In this document: in pieces, positions 53,701 to 64,000 of the stretch
Layout of the letters: every line of letters begins with the position of its first letter
How positions within the stretch are numbered: position 1 is the first letter of the stretch
From: Fimbriosthenelais zetlandica
Taxonomy: Eukaryota
Reading direction: 5' to 3'
NCBI GenBank assembly: GCA_977030845.1
Contig: OZ365114.1
Coordinates: forward strand, 17,670,001 to 17,734,000
Length of the DNA stretch: 64,000 bases
The notes under the pieces: model-generated
Databases searched by the model: none
What the model saw: the letters and a program-made list of their open reading frames with translations, nothing else
What the model was told of the DNA's origin: nothing
Made by a program: the position numbers and the translations under genes

Positions 53701-55432
53701 GCTCATAATTTTAATACTCCACGGTATTGCACTTTATCTTAATAATTTCCTACAAAATTTACATTCCATAAAATTTATGTTTGCACAGGTCTCATAAGTG
53801 GGTGAACCGAAAAGTGGGTGAACAAGAAAATGGGTCCAGCAAATAAGACTACATTTTAGAGGGTTGTAGTGCCAGTATAATATATAGTTGCATTGAAGGG
53901 GACATACTAAGATATACCAGGCCTTTCTTTATTGTAATAATACGCACGTATGTACGACTAACATTCAATTATACCCGTTATTAAACTACTCGAGATCGAT
54001 AAAGGGCACAATGTCTGGAAGAAATGTAGCTGTGGTGAGTAAATCTTGAGATGATTTTGAGATTTAATTGCATAATCATGTGTTTGCTCTTCCGGTATTT
54101 GTCAGTTTGAATCCCAGTATTGGAATTTAAGGTACAGAACTTTGGGTTCGTTCCCCTTTCTTCTCAATATGACCTTGATATGACCATAGAAAAGTTGCTA
54201 TGTCATAATTATTATAACGTCTATCTCTATTGTGTTTGTAACAATTTCTCTTCAGGTAACTGGTTCCAATCAGGGCATTGGCTTCGCCATTGTACGTGGT
54301 CTGTGTAAACAGTGGGATGGTGACGTATTCCTTACTGGTGAGCACTTAATCCAGTTACCATGCATAAAATTAGCGAAAAGCTCAAACTGAGAATCTATTG
54401 CCTGGATTTGTTTTACCATATTCCTGTGGTAATGTTATGATAAAACATAATACACAGGTTAATGGTTCGTTAAAAAGTCCTGATGGCAAAAAAACATTGT
54501 AGCAGATTTGAAATCGAAAATCCAACGATTTCAAAACTTATCCATGCGAAAAACAAAACAAAAATTGTCTTTATTTTTCTCTTAAAGCCCGAACTGTTGA
54601 GCGTGGGCAGAAGGCTGTGGCTGACTTAGAAGGTGAAGGACTTCATCCCAAGTTCCACCAACTGGACATCCTCGACCGGGGAAGCATTGAGAAACTGCGT
54701 GACTTCCTTAATGAGAATTATGGAGGACTTGACCTTCTTGTCAACAATGCTGGCATTGCTTTCACTGCAAGTTTTCAACTATATCCTATACTGTATTATT
54801 AAATCATACTCGTATTTTAATGAAAACTATACAATTAAATTCAACAAATTGGTATTTTTTCTGTAGGGTTCCACAGCAGCTTTTGCTGAACAGGCTGAGA
54901 AGGCCATGCAAACCAACTTTTGGGCCACTCTGGATGTGTGCCAGATTCTGTTCCCGCTCCTGCGACCCCACGCCCGGGTGGTCAATGTTTCAGGCCTCCT
55001 GGCTAAAATTGCCATAGCTAAAATGAGCGATGCTAAAAGACAAAAAGCAATGGCTTATAAAACACTGGAAGATGTTCAGGCTTTCATGAATGAGTTTGTG
55101 AAGTAAGTTTATAAGTTTCTTTTGCTAATTAAGTTTAAAGATATATTTGATGTAGGCCTACATGCATGCAAATAAACTTGCATGCAGTTGTAGTCTTGCT
55201 CGGGCCCATGTCCAAAGGAACATAATTAGCAATGCCAAGTCTATCCATGGCTAGAATTCCTTTTGAAACGGGCTTCTGGTATGAAATATCTGATATATCT
55301 TTGATGAAGTGAATGCATGTATAGAAGATCATTGAATGTCTAATATCGTGTTTTAGAGATGCTAAAGCAGGTAACCACACTGAAAAAGGCTGGCCTAGCA
55401 TGCCTCTTGGCGTGACTAAAGTGGGGGTCAAT
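50146..55432. repeat. Recent tandem segmental duplication: units ~50146-52807 and ~52808-55432
   Basis: Introns and intergenic DNA match with long identical runs (e.g. 50761-51380 vs 53420-54010; introns 2-4 of copy 3 vs copy 4; introns 5-6 of copy 2 vs copy 3). Confidence 0.92.
51382..53465 (+). CDS. CBR1: CBR1-like SDR, copy 3: open frame but catalytic Ser->Gly and Tyr->Leu; chimeric; stop lost, short C-terminal extension
   Basis: Exons 51382-51405, 51625-51706, 51961-52139 (GC donor ATT|GCAAGT), 52240-52475, 52732-52870, 53104-53167, 53326-53465. VVNVSG, GWPSMPLGMSK, NNAA; ends PWHMHSHTDIDPTLPVT*. Confidence 0.85.
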
Positions 55433-56060
55433 ATGATGTCAACAATACAACAAAGCCAGTTCGATGATTCAGGCAAGGAGGATATCGTGGTCAACTTCGT
55501 ACGTTCTTAGAATAATTATATCTGCAAGAAGTTCTGAAAACTTGAAAAACTTTCAGAATAAAACTTAGACATAAACTAAAACCTATTCACAATTTCTATC
55601 TATTTTATTATCTAGACCAACATTTCATTAGATGTATGTATTTTAATTGAATTGCCTATGAATTTCTATTTCCAGTGCTGTCCAGGCTCCGTCGCCTCAA
55701 ACATGTCCAACTACCAAGCCGGTCTCACTATAGATGAAGGTAAATATGGATCCTCTTATGTTTCTGTATTTATTCTTTTTCTAATTAAAATAACAAAAAC
55801 ATAATAATAGGCCTATGTTTGTTATTTCGTTATTGTTATTCACGATCAGGGACAAGTTTCAAAAGGATTATTAGTAATACTATATTTCGTCTATGGCTAA
55901 TAGTCATACCGAAACAGGCTCCAGTTGATCACTTCTTCTGATAAAAATGTATCCAATTACAGGTGCTGAGACACCACTTTACTGCGCCCTGCTACCCCCT
56001 AATATCAAAGAACCACGTGGAAAATTCATCAAAGATAAAAAGGTGGTACCCTGGCCCTGA
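54011..56060 (+). CDS. CBR1: CBR1-like SDR, copy 4: open frame but catalytic Ser->Gly and Tyr->Leu
   Basis: Exons 54011-54034, 54256-54337, 54588-54766 (GC donor ACT|GCAAGT), 54867-55102, 55357-55498, 55676-55739, 55963-56060. VVNVSG, GWPSMPLGVTK, CCPGSVAS. Confidence 0.87.
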
Positions 56061-56816
56061 TGAGATAGATCATACTAGTTTCTTTGGGCTAAAGTCTGGT
56101 CCCCCACACACATAATATCTTGTTCGTATAACTCGTCACCCCGCCCCGTTCCGAATTCCTAGATCCACCCTTGTATACATTATACATTTATGGCAGAGTC
56201 ATTTGACATACTTTTACACATTAACCAGTCATATGAGAGACTGTTCCAAATAAGATAGTGTCAAATTTGAAAGGCAATTTCGTTCTTTTTTTTACATTCC
56301 TTCAATGGATTGCGGGATCGGTTATGTCGAGTGTTCTCCAATAAAAAAAAAAAAAAAATCTCGAGATTATAGCTATACGTAGGCCGAGGTTATAAGCCGA
56401 GGTGTAGCCTACTAATCAATCTATTATTCGTCCCCATTTCGTCCAGCCTTATCTATTTGAGTCTAGCCGTATCTGGCCATTATCTATTCTATGGATATTT
56501 CCTGATATACAAACATGACTTTTGTATTATAGCCTATACCTTCCTTATTTTCAATACAATAGATTAATCCTCAATACTATATCCGATCCAACTTTGTACC
56601 ACCTTAATTATATATATATAGGCCCTACCATTTGGGATGAATTGGTAAATTTATAATAGTCGATAATAATATACTTTAATATTGACTTTGAGCTCTTTTG
56701 CCCTGTTACTAAGTTTATTGATGACTGGATCCCCAGCCAGACGAAATTATTTTAGTTTGTTTACCCATGACCATGTATAACTATAACCTACTTGTATATC
56801 TGTGTCACTCTCCACT

Positions 56817-58983
56817 ATGTCTGGAAAGAGGGTAGCTGTGGTAAGTAATATGCCATTTATACTCCCTTAGCTATCACATCAGAGTTTATCTTTTCTTTTA
56901 AGATTTCAAAAGACAACCTATACTAATAATTTCATTAGGTAATGGTATACATGTATACCTGTTAATCTTTCACAGTCACTCAGTGCCTTCAAGACGAGCC
57001 TCCTTTTAAATTTTGACCGAGGGGTATAGGACATCATACTGATTTTATAGTTTAAAAGTTAATCCTGTCCATGATTTAGGTCATAGATCCATATAGATGT
57101 TCACCCGTATATCTAATTATAATATAAAATATTAATATGTTAAAAACTTCTGAACTTTCTGAAGAACAATAGCCATCTAAATATTACAATAGACAACATG
57201 ATAAATTACAATTATATGTCAGGAATGATTCATGTTTGTCTTCAGGTAACTGGTTCCAATCAAGGTATTGGTTTTGCAATTGTCCGTGGACTCGATAAAG
57301 AGTGGGACGGTGATGTAATTTTGACTGGTAAACCTATTATTTATTTTTTAGACTCCTAGATTTCTCCATTTAAGACTATTCTATATCAGCATTTTTATAG
57401 ATACGTGTATAATTATTTTGTTATTAATATTCAGCTCGTAATATTGAAAATGGTAAGAAGGCTGTCGCTGCTTTGGAAAGTGAAGGTTTAAGTCCCAAGT
57501 TTCACCAGTTAGATATTGGTGACCATGGAAGCATAGTTAAATTGCACGACTTTCTGAAAGAAAATTATGGTGGATTGGATATCCTCGTCAACAATGCTGG
57601 GATATGTTATGGTGTGAGTATTTAAGCTGTATAATTCATGCTACGTTCTAATGATAATTTCTAAGAAAACTATCCCAATGGTCAAAGTAATATTATGTTA
57701 GCTTCAATCTCAACTCAATAATGAAACTTGGAAACCCAGATAGAAATTTCATCTCTTTTTTTTTATAATGAATTAGGATAATGAAGAACCCTTTGTGAAG
57801 AAGGTGGAGGCCACTATGAAAACCAATTTCTGGGGGACATTGGATGTATCTGAGATACTTTTCCCCCTCCTCCGTCCCCACTCCAGAGTTGTACAAGTAT
57901 CGAGCACTTTGATACAAAGGTGTCTGGCCAGAATGAATGCAGAAAAACGAAAAGAAGTGGTCTCTTGTAAATCTATGGAGGATTTGAAAAAATTGATGAC
58001 AGCATTTGTCAAGTATGTTTTATAATATTCTATATTATATATTACGTGTTTAATATGTTTTTAAAGATGATGCGCATGAATTAGACCTGTTTCAATAATA
58101 ATACTGTTACTTATAGGCCTATACGTACTTATCATAATGTACTTATAGAGCCTAGGCCTATAACATTATTTCAAAGGCCTAATTAACATTAAACTTGATG
58201 GTAATGCTACGAATAGGAGGGTCATTCCCGGTAGTCTATACCAGGCCAGAGTCCCAACTTCTAAATCATCCTTATTAAATCACGGACATATTTCTTTTTT
58301 ATATATTACAGTGGTGCAAGATCAGGGGTCTACACTAGTGAGAACTGGCGATACACTGGCTATGAGATAAGTAAAATAGGTGTGACGTTAATGGCTGGCA
58401 TACAACAAGAACTTCTCGATAAGATGGGAAAGAATGACATAGTCGTCAACTCGGTAGGCACACCTGTTTCTTTATAAAATTATAACTTTTTAGGCCCTGT
58501 GGATAATTATTTGTTTTCATAACCATTTCCTGCTTTAATTAGTTTAAGATACGTAATTGTATCTTTGTTATCAAATTCCTGCCATAGACCTATATCAGGC
58601 GTTAGTGCAAAAGTTGTGAAATAAAGTATAAGGCCTACTCAATGGTGAATTTCTTTGCAGTGTTGTCCTGGATACGTGATAACAAATATTAATGATTTTG
58701 AGGGCCATTTAACTCCAAATCAGGGTAAGCCACTAGGCCTACAATAGTAGAATATTGTAGTCTAAATAGGCTTATTTATAGATATTCGTTTACCGGTACA
58801 AAAAGAATTTATAAGGACAACTTTGACACAGGGCTCTTACAATATCCTATGCCTAACAGTGCATGCCACATTGATTTTTCTACAGGAGCTGAAACCCCGC
58901 TCTATTGTGCCGTCTTACCACCTGATATCAACGAACCACGTGGCATGTTCCTCTATGAGAAGAAAATCTTCAATTGGCACTGA
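56817..58983 (+). CDS. CBR1: Carbonyl reductase [NADPH] 1-like SDR, copy 5 (most divergent), catalytic S/Y/K intact
   Basis: Exons 56817-56840, 57246-57327, 57435-57613, 57777-58012, 58312-58453, 58661-58724, 58886-58983; all GT-AG; VVQVSS, TGYEISK, CCPGYV, GAETP. Confidence 0.93.
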
Positions 58984-59284
58984 TATCATTAATTTTTTTA
59001 GGGGGGTTCCATCTCGTAGGTTTTCCCTGCATTGGCGTATCCAGTGGGGTTTCCAAGTATCCTGAAACGCGATTTTGGTTCTGCACGTTTCTCTAACTTG
59101 TTCTAGGACGTATTTTACAATGTCATTCGCTTCCGAGTTTACCACACACATCCAAACAATGTTAACTAGAATAATAATGTTACATTACAACAGTACTTAC
59201 CTTCTATGACGGATACTTTGATGTTTTTTTGATTGAGGCAGTGGTACCGGTAGGGCGTGCGTCAGGTTTAGTTCCTCCGCTACT

Positions 59285-59975
59285 CACGATCACATGGTGG
59301 CAGCACCGGACGAGGGAGTGATGGGGTGTCGATCGGAATATGATTCTGCCGAGGTTTGTAGATCAAAGAAAGCTCCTAAATGGTCCAAAATTAACATCAA
59401 TCGGTAGATTCATGTGTAGTTTATCGCATCCAAGAGAAGAGAACAGAGCTAAGTTGTCTGTAGCCTAAGCCTGTAGGCCTAAACGGCAAGCAATGTTATT
59501 GTAATCAATAATAGGGGATTTGGCCTCTATGCCCTATTTGGTGCTGCCACCTTGTGCATCGCGAGCGAACTGAGTTCCGCCGCACCTTTACTTCAGCGAG
59601 AAACCACCAGGTGGCAGCCCTGTTCTAGTCGCCACCATTAGCTGGGCCCTACACCGCTATGGCTGAGCCAAGGATTTCTGCCCCACCACCGGCGGATGCG
59701 GGAACTAACGCTCAATGCTAAGTGAATGGAGCGTCGCTTGGAGTATTCAGACGGCGTTTGTAGATCTAGGAAAACTCCTAAATGGGCCAAAATTCAAACC
59801 AGTCGGTAGATTTACATGGAGAATTGATCACATCGAAAACAGCAGAGCGAAACTGTCTGTAAGCATGTAAACCATCGTAACCAGTGTTGTGAGCGATAAT
59901 AGGGCATCACCGGAAGTGATGAGGGAAATCGATGTAAACTTCCGGTCCACGAAGCAACTAGACTTCAAGAGGTAG
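59285..59975 (+). promoter_or_regulatory. CpG-rich promoter and non-coding first exon of TMEM241, with CTCF-like and ETS motifs
   Basis: ccaccaggtggcag (59604-59617), two further CTCF-like motifs (~59290, ~59544 reverse), ccggaagtg (59910) and acttccgg (59938); donor AG|GTAGAT at 59972, acceptor at 60553. Confidence 0.55.
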
Positions 59976-60653
59976 ATTGTTAGTCATTTTTTAGATTTCT
60001 TTAATCTAAATGGTTTTGTAAAGATATGTCATACATTATTGTTGTTCTTGTCAATAATTTAAGTACCGTATGGGGGTAAGAGCCTCGAACATTAGGCCTA
60101 GAGCTGGCTTTAAACATCGATTTCTTGCGTTATGAGTATCCATCTCGACTCTATCATCTATCATGATAATGTCTAATGGAAATGGCCAGATATGAACGGT
60201 ATAGGCCCCTACTAAGCTCATATCGATTTATGTCTCTGTATAAGCTTAAGGGTTGGTTATACTGGCTAGTCTAGTTAAACTAGAGAGATCTCTAGTCTAG
60301 GCTCTAGTTCTATGTTTAGGCAGGCTAGTTGGCAGGCAAAAACTGTAGAATCAATCAATCATTCTTTGCCCTGAGCCTGGGGCTGAGCCTGAGGTCCTCC
60401 CTAGGCAAGATGAGATATAGTGTTATTTTTTGTCACGAAATAAATGTATGAAACAATTTTGTCCCACCTCTTACCACAGTAAACTTGGTAGAATATTAGA
60501 AATATTAGAAATTTAGCATAATAATTAATGTTGTACCCTATTGTGTATTCCAGGATCCGTAGGCCTATAATGGGTAATCTAAGCAGAAAAAGTCCACGGT
60601 GATGGTGGAAGAACCAGCAGGCACTGTCGGTTTCAAGTCGTAGCAAAGAAAAA

Positions 60654-63600
60654 ATGCAGATGATCAAGTTGGTCCACCATTTAGACGATTACTCTTTAGT
60701 TCTCAACTATGTTTTGTTCTACATAAGTGTTAACTTCGTCAACAAGGTGCATATTTTTAATTCTACTTTGCATAATTATCAAGTTTTGTCTCCCTTGATT
60801 TAGGTCTATAAAAAAACCCTCACTACAGCTTATACTAGTTATAGGGCCTAACTGTACACTGTACAGTAACTGAATAGGGTATAGTACGGTAAGTAAGCTT
60901 ACGGTACCGGTACCGTACCTGATAATGTCTAATCTCCATAATCTGTTTCCAGTATGTGCTATCTGTGCTGCGTTTCACCTACCCAACTATATTTCAAGGG
61001 TAAGTTGAGTTCATTCTGTGCAAACCATTCAGAAAAGTCAGACTCTTGTATTAGGCAGTACCGTAGCCTGGGCTAGCGCTACCGTTACTCTTCTGAAGTC
61101 AAATGTAATTTTCTGTTGGATTCTGTCAGTTTTCTGTTGAATTTTTAGACTGTTAGGTCTTAAAGTCATGGGGACACTCAAACATTTTACGTACATGTAC
61201 TTTATTTTTTCTCTCTTTATAAAACTTTATCCGCTTTCTTCATATTTTTTCATTCATGTAGTTGTGCCATCTGGCCTCTAGGTTTGTTCAGCTCTTTTCA
61301 ATCTAATGGACTGTGTTATCCACTTTTTATCCTTCTTTACCTTGTCTACCCTTCTCCTCTACCGGTACCCAATTAAACAAATTCTCTTACCGTACCTATT
61401 TTGAAATGCTGAGGTTTTGCTGTTCATCCCATTGGCATCTAACTACAAGTAACAACCAGATGGGAGTGGACTCCTATATCCTTGATACATGTACTTCATT
61501 CTAATACCATTGTTTTGTTGAACAAAGAATAACTGATAGTATGCCATACAATATGGAAATCCGTCCTAAATTATTCACATTTTTCATTCCTTGAGTCTTT
61601 GTTTTCATGTAATTATTTGTATTTGATTATCCTAACATAATTTTATCAAGTGTTTGAAGATCTGCCAGGATATAACTTGTATGTTACTAAAACCTAAGAA
61701 TGTTAGAATCAATGTCAGTGGATCATTATACTTCACCTGTAATGCCTGTTATCTCTGACTTTCAGATGGCAGGTTTTGGCTGGAGCTATCATTCTTCGTG
61801 GTCTCGCCATCACAGGCCAAGTCAACATTAATATTGGCGAATACAGCAGGTAAACCTCTGATTAATTCTCTTCTAAATTAATCATATAATGTGAGTCTTA
61901 CTAACGTCAGTTATAAAGACTTGTTAAGCTATATGCGTTTAACTTACGCTAACCTAAGACAATAGACGGTACATACGTATACAGCCTATTATGTTGTGTT
62001 TCAGCTGCATAGTGAATCAATGGGCAAGTCTTTCACTTTCAGACATAATTCATACTGTGGAAAATATATGGTCTAAATGACCATATATATTTTCAATCCA
62101 CCCCGGTTATTTCTTTTTGCACATACATCATACACATTATCTACAAATATATTGACTATTACCTACAATTATTATTACACTACATTCATTTATGCGCACC
62201 ATCCATTGCAACACGAAAAAAATCGCTCCTTGGATCTATCATGCCTATTTCATCGAGACCAATGGAAGTATAATGGAAGAATACATGAATTGATAATGGA
62301 TTTCTACGATTTTGAACAAGTTGAACCTGTGAAGTTTAATTGTTTTGTTTATCTGACGTTTATTAACACAGCGCGACCATGATGTCATGGTGCCCTGCAA
62401 TGGTCTTCTACACATTATCTATCTACACAGGCTCTGTGGCCCTCGCCAACTTAGTTAGTATCACACTTGTTTGTCTGTAATGCTAAAAAGATTTATAAAA
62501 AAGTAACATTGCTCTCTATCTACAGATATTAGATAATTTAAGGAATTTTAAGAAATCATTTGCCAAGTGCATTTATTTTTTTTATCAATATTAATATTAT
62601 TTAATCATGTTATAAAGTAACATTTTACAACCTTGGTTTTTCAGCCTATACCACTATACTTCTGTGTTCATTGTTTAGTCAATGCTGCCAATTTCATACT
62701 TGACTACATCCGCGGAAAAAAGGTCAGTAAGACTAGAAATAAAAACCGTACCGTAGATGAAAATGTGAATTGACTCGTGTACGTGAATGATATCATTGAC
62801 TAGCAGCTGTAATCTCAGTTTTATAAGCCTAACTTATTATCTTTTGAACCATTGGTAGTATTTCTTCTTTCAGGAGGCTAGAGAGCTGGTTCTTGTGCCT
62901 GCGTTAATATTGTCTGTTGTTGCAACGGTGTGGACAGATCCACAGGTACGCTGATCTAAACTGACCTTACTGGAAGTGCTTAGGTTAAAAATCATATGTC
63001 ACCTTCACGATAGAAAAATATCTGACCAATTGTATTCACTAATTATCTCTTTTCAATATTTAAACAATTTATTATTTCTTAATCGCATTTATTTCAGTTC
63101 AATCTGGTAGCGTATAAATGGGCTGGTTCCCATGTAATATTTGTAGGTAAGTTGGAATATTAATTTGACCATTTTGTGCCCTATTTCGCAGGACATGTTC
63201 AAAAATGCAAGATATTTTAAATTGTTATATACTTTGGACTTCCAGTTCTCTACAGCTGTTTTGAAAAGATCTATGGTCATGAAGTCAAATTAGGGTAAGT
63301 CTCCCCATACGTGGATTCACTACAAGGATTTTAAGAATAACTAAATTGAAAACAATAACTGTTCATTGCCATAATTTTTGTTCCAGCCCCACGGACCGTT
63401 TATTCTGCAATTACGTATTTAGGTACGTATCTAAATCAAGTCAGGGATTCTTAAAAAGTATGTATTGAAATTTCTTACAAAAGTTATAGTTGAAATTGTA
63501 AGTATATGAAATATTTTGCATTGAATTTTTCCCTTCCTATACTAGCATGGTTCTTCTTGCTCCAAGCAGTATTCTTCTTGGTATGTAATCTTGATTTACC

Positions 63601-63957
63601 TCATTTCTGATCATTGAATCATATTTTTAAAGCCTTTCTTTTTGACCTGACTCGAATTTCATACTCATCATATCCTTTTCGGTTTGCAGGTGATATTTTC
63701 GAGGCACAAAACTTCGGCTTTTTCAGGTTTTCTAAGTTCTATGCAGGATGCATTGCAAGGTAAGTTACATAACATTATGGATTGTCTTCAGCCCTCGAAA
63801 AAAAACTGATATACCTGAAAAAGTAATGCATCATAACATGCTTTTGGTTCTCATTTACAGTGGTATTCTGGGAGTATTAGTTTCTCTACATGGGATCAGA
63901 ATAAAGGAATCGGACCAGATTCTGCCAAGCAAAGAATCTCTCTCAAGCATTTCAAAG
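60654..63957 (+). CDS. TMEM241: TMEM241 / SLC35D4 nucleotide-sugar transporter, 5' part (3' exons beyond the window)
   Basis: Coding exons 60654-60746, 60953-60999, 61766-61849, 62372-62453, 62645-62722, 62874-62945, 63098-63146, 63246-63294, 63387-63422, 63546-63580, 63690-63759, 63861-63957, all phase-consistent GT-AG. Protein FVNKYVLSVLRFTYPTIFQGWQ...WCPA...DPQFN...NYVFS...GDIF...CIASGILG parallels vertebrate TMEM241 (LTNKYVLSVLKFTYPTLFQGWQ). Confidence 0.92.
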
Positions 63958-64000
63958 GTGGGTGTTTAAAAAAACTAAACTAGGCCAAAGTACTTTTAAT

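Noticed and set aside
56058-58983. TGA ends of CBR copies 4 and 5 as selenocysteine or readthrough
   Set aside because: They align with the TAA stops of copies 1/2 at the family's normal C-terminus; no SECIS-like hairpin noticed.

Overview
Eukaryotic (animal) genomic DNA, about 38% GC by eye, with short GT-AG introns. A marine deuterostome invertebrate such as an echinoderm is my inference, not something the sequence proves. The window has two halves. (1) About 1-38.7 kb has no intact gene I can support: it is a graveyard of heavily decayed retroelements (Penelope-like, CR1/L2/Rex-type and RTE-type LINEs, DIRS-like, a tRNA-type SINE) plus two minisatellites. (2) About 38.7-64 kb is gene-dense, all on the + strand: a single-coding-exon GT92-family glycosyltransferase-like gene (725 aa), a tandem array of five 7-exon carbonyl reductase (CBR1-like SDR) genes, and the 5' part of TMEM241/SLC35D4 (nucleotide-sugar transporter) running off the end. 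All exon structures were spliced by hand and give open frames. Main observations: CBR copies 3 and 4 keep an intact ORF and NADPH-binding motifs but have lost both catalytic Ser (to Gly) and Tyr (to Leu), so they are candidate pseudoenzymes or redox sensors. Copy 3 is a chimera from unequal crossover inside exon 5. Exon 3 appears homogenised by gene conversion and ends in a GC donor in three copies. The neighbouring GT92 lacks its DxD motif and has a 27-aa repeat tail. The CBR array is bracketed by CTCF-like motifs, and the gene-rich half is strongly enriched in the palindrome TAGGCCTA.
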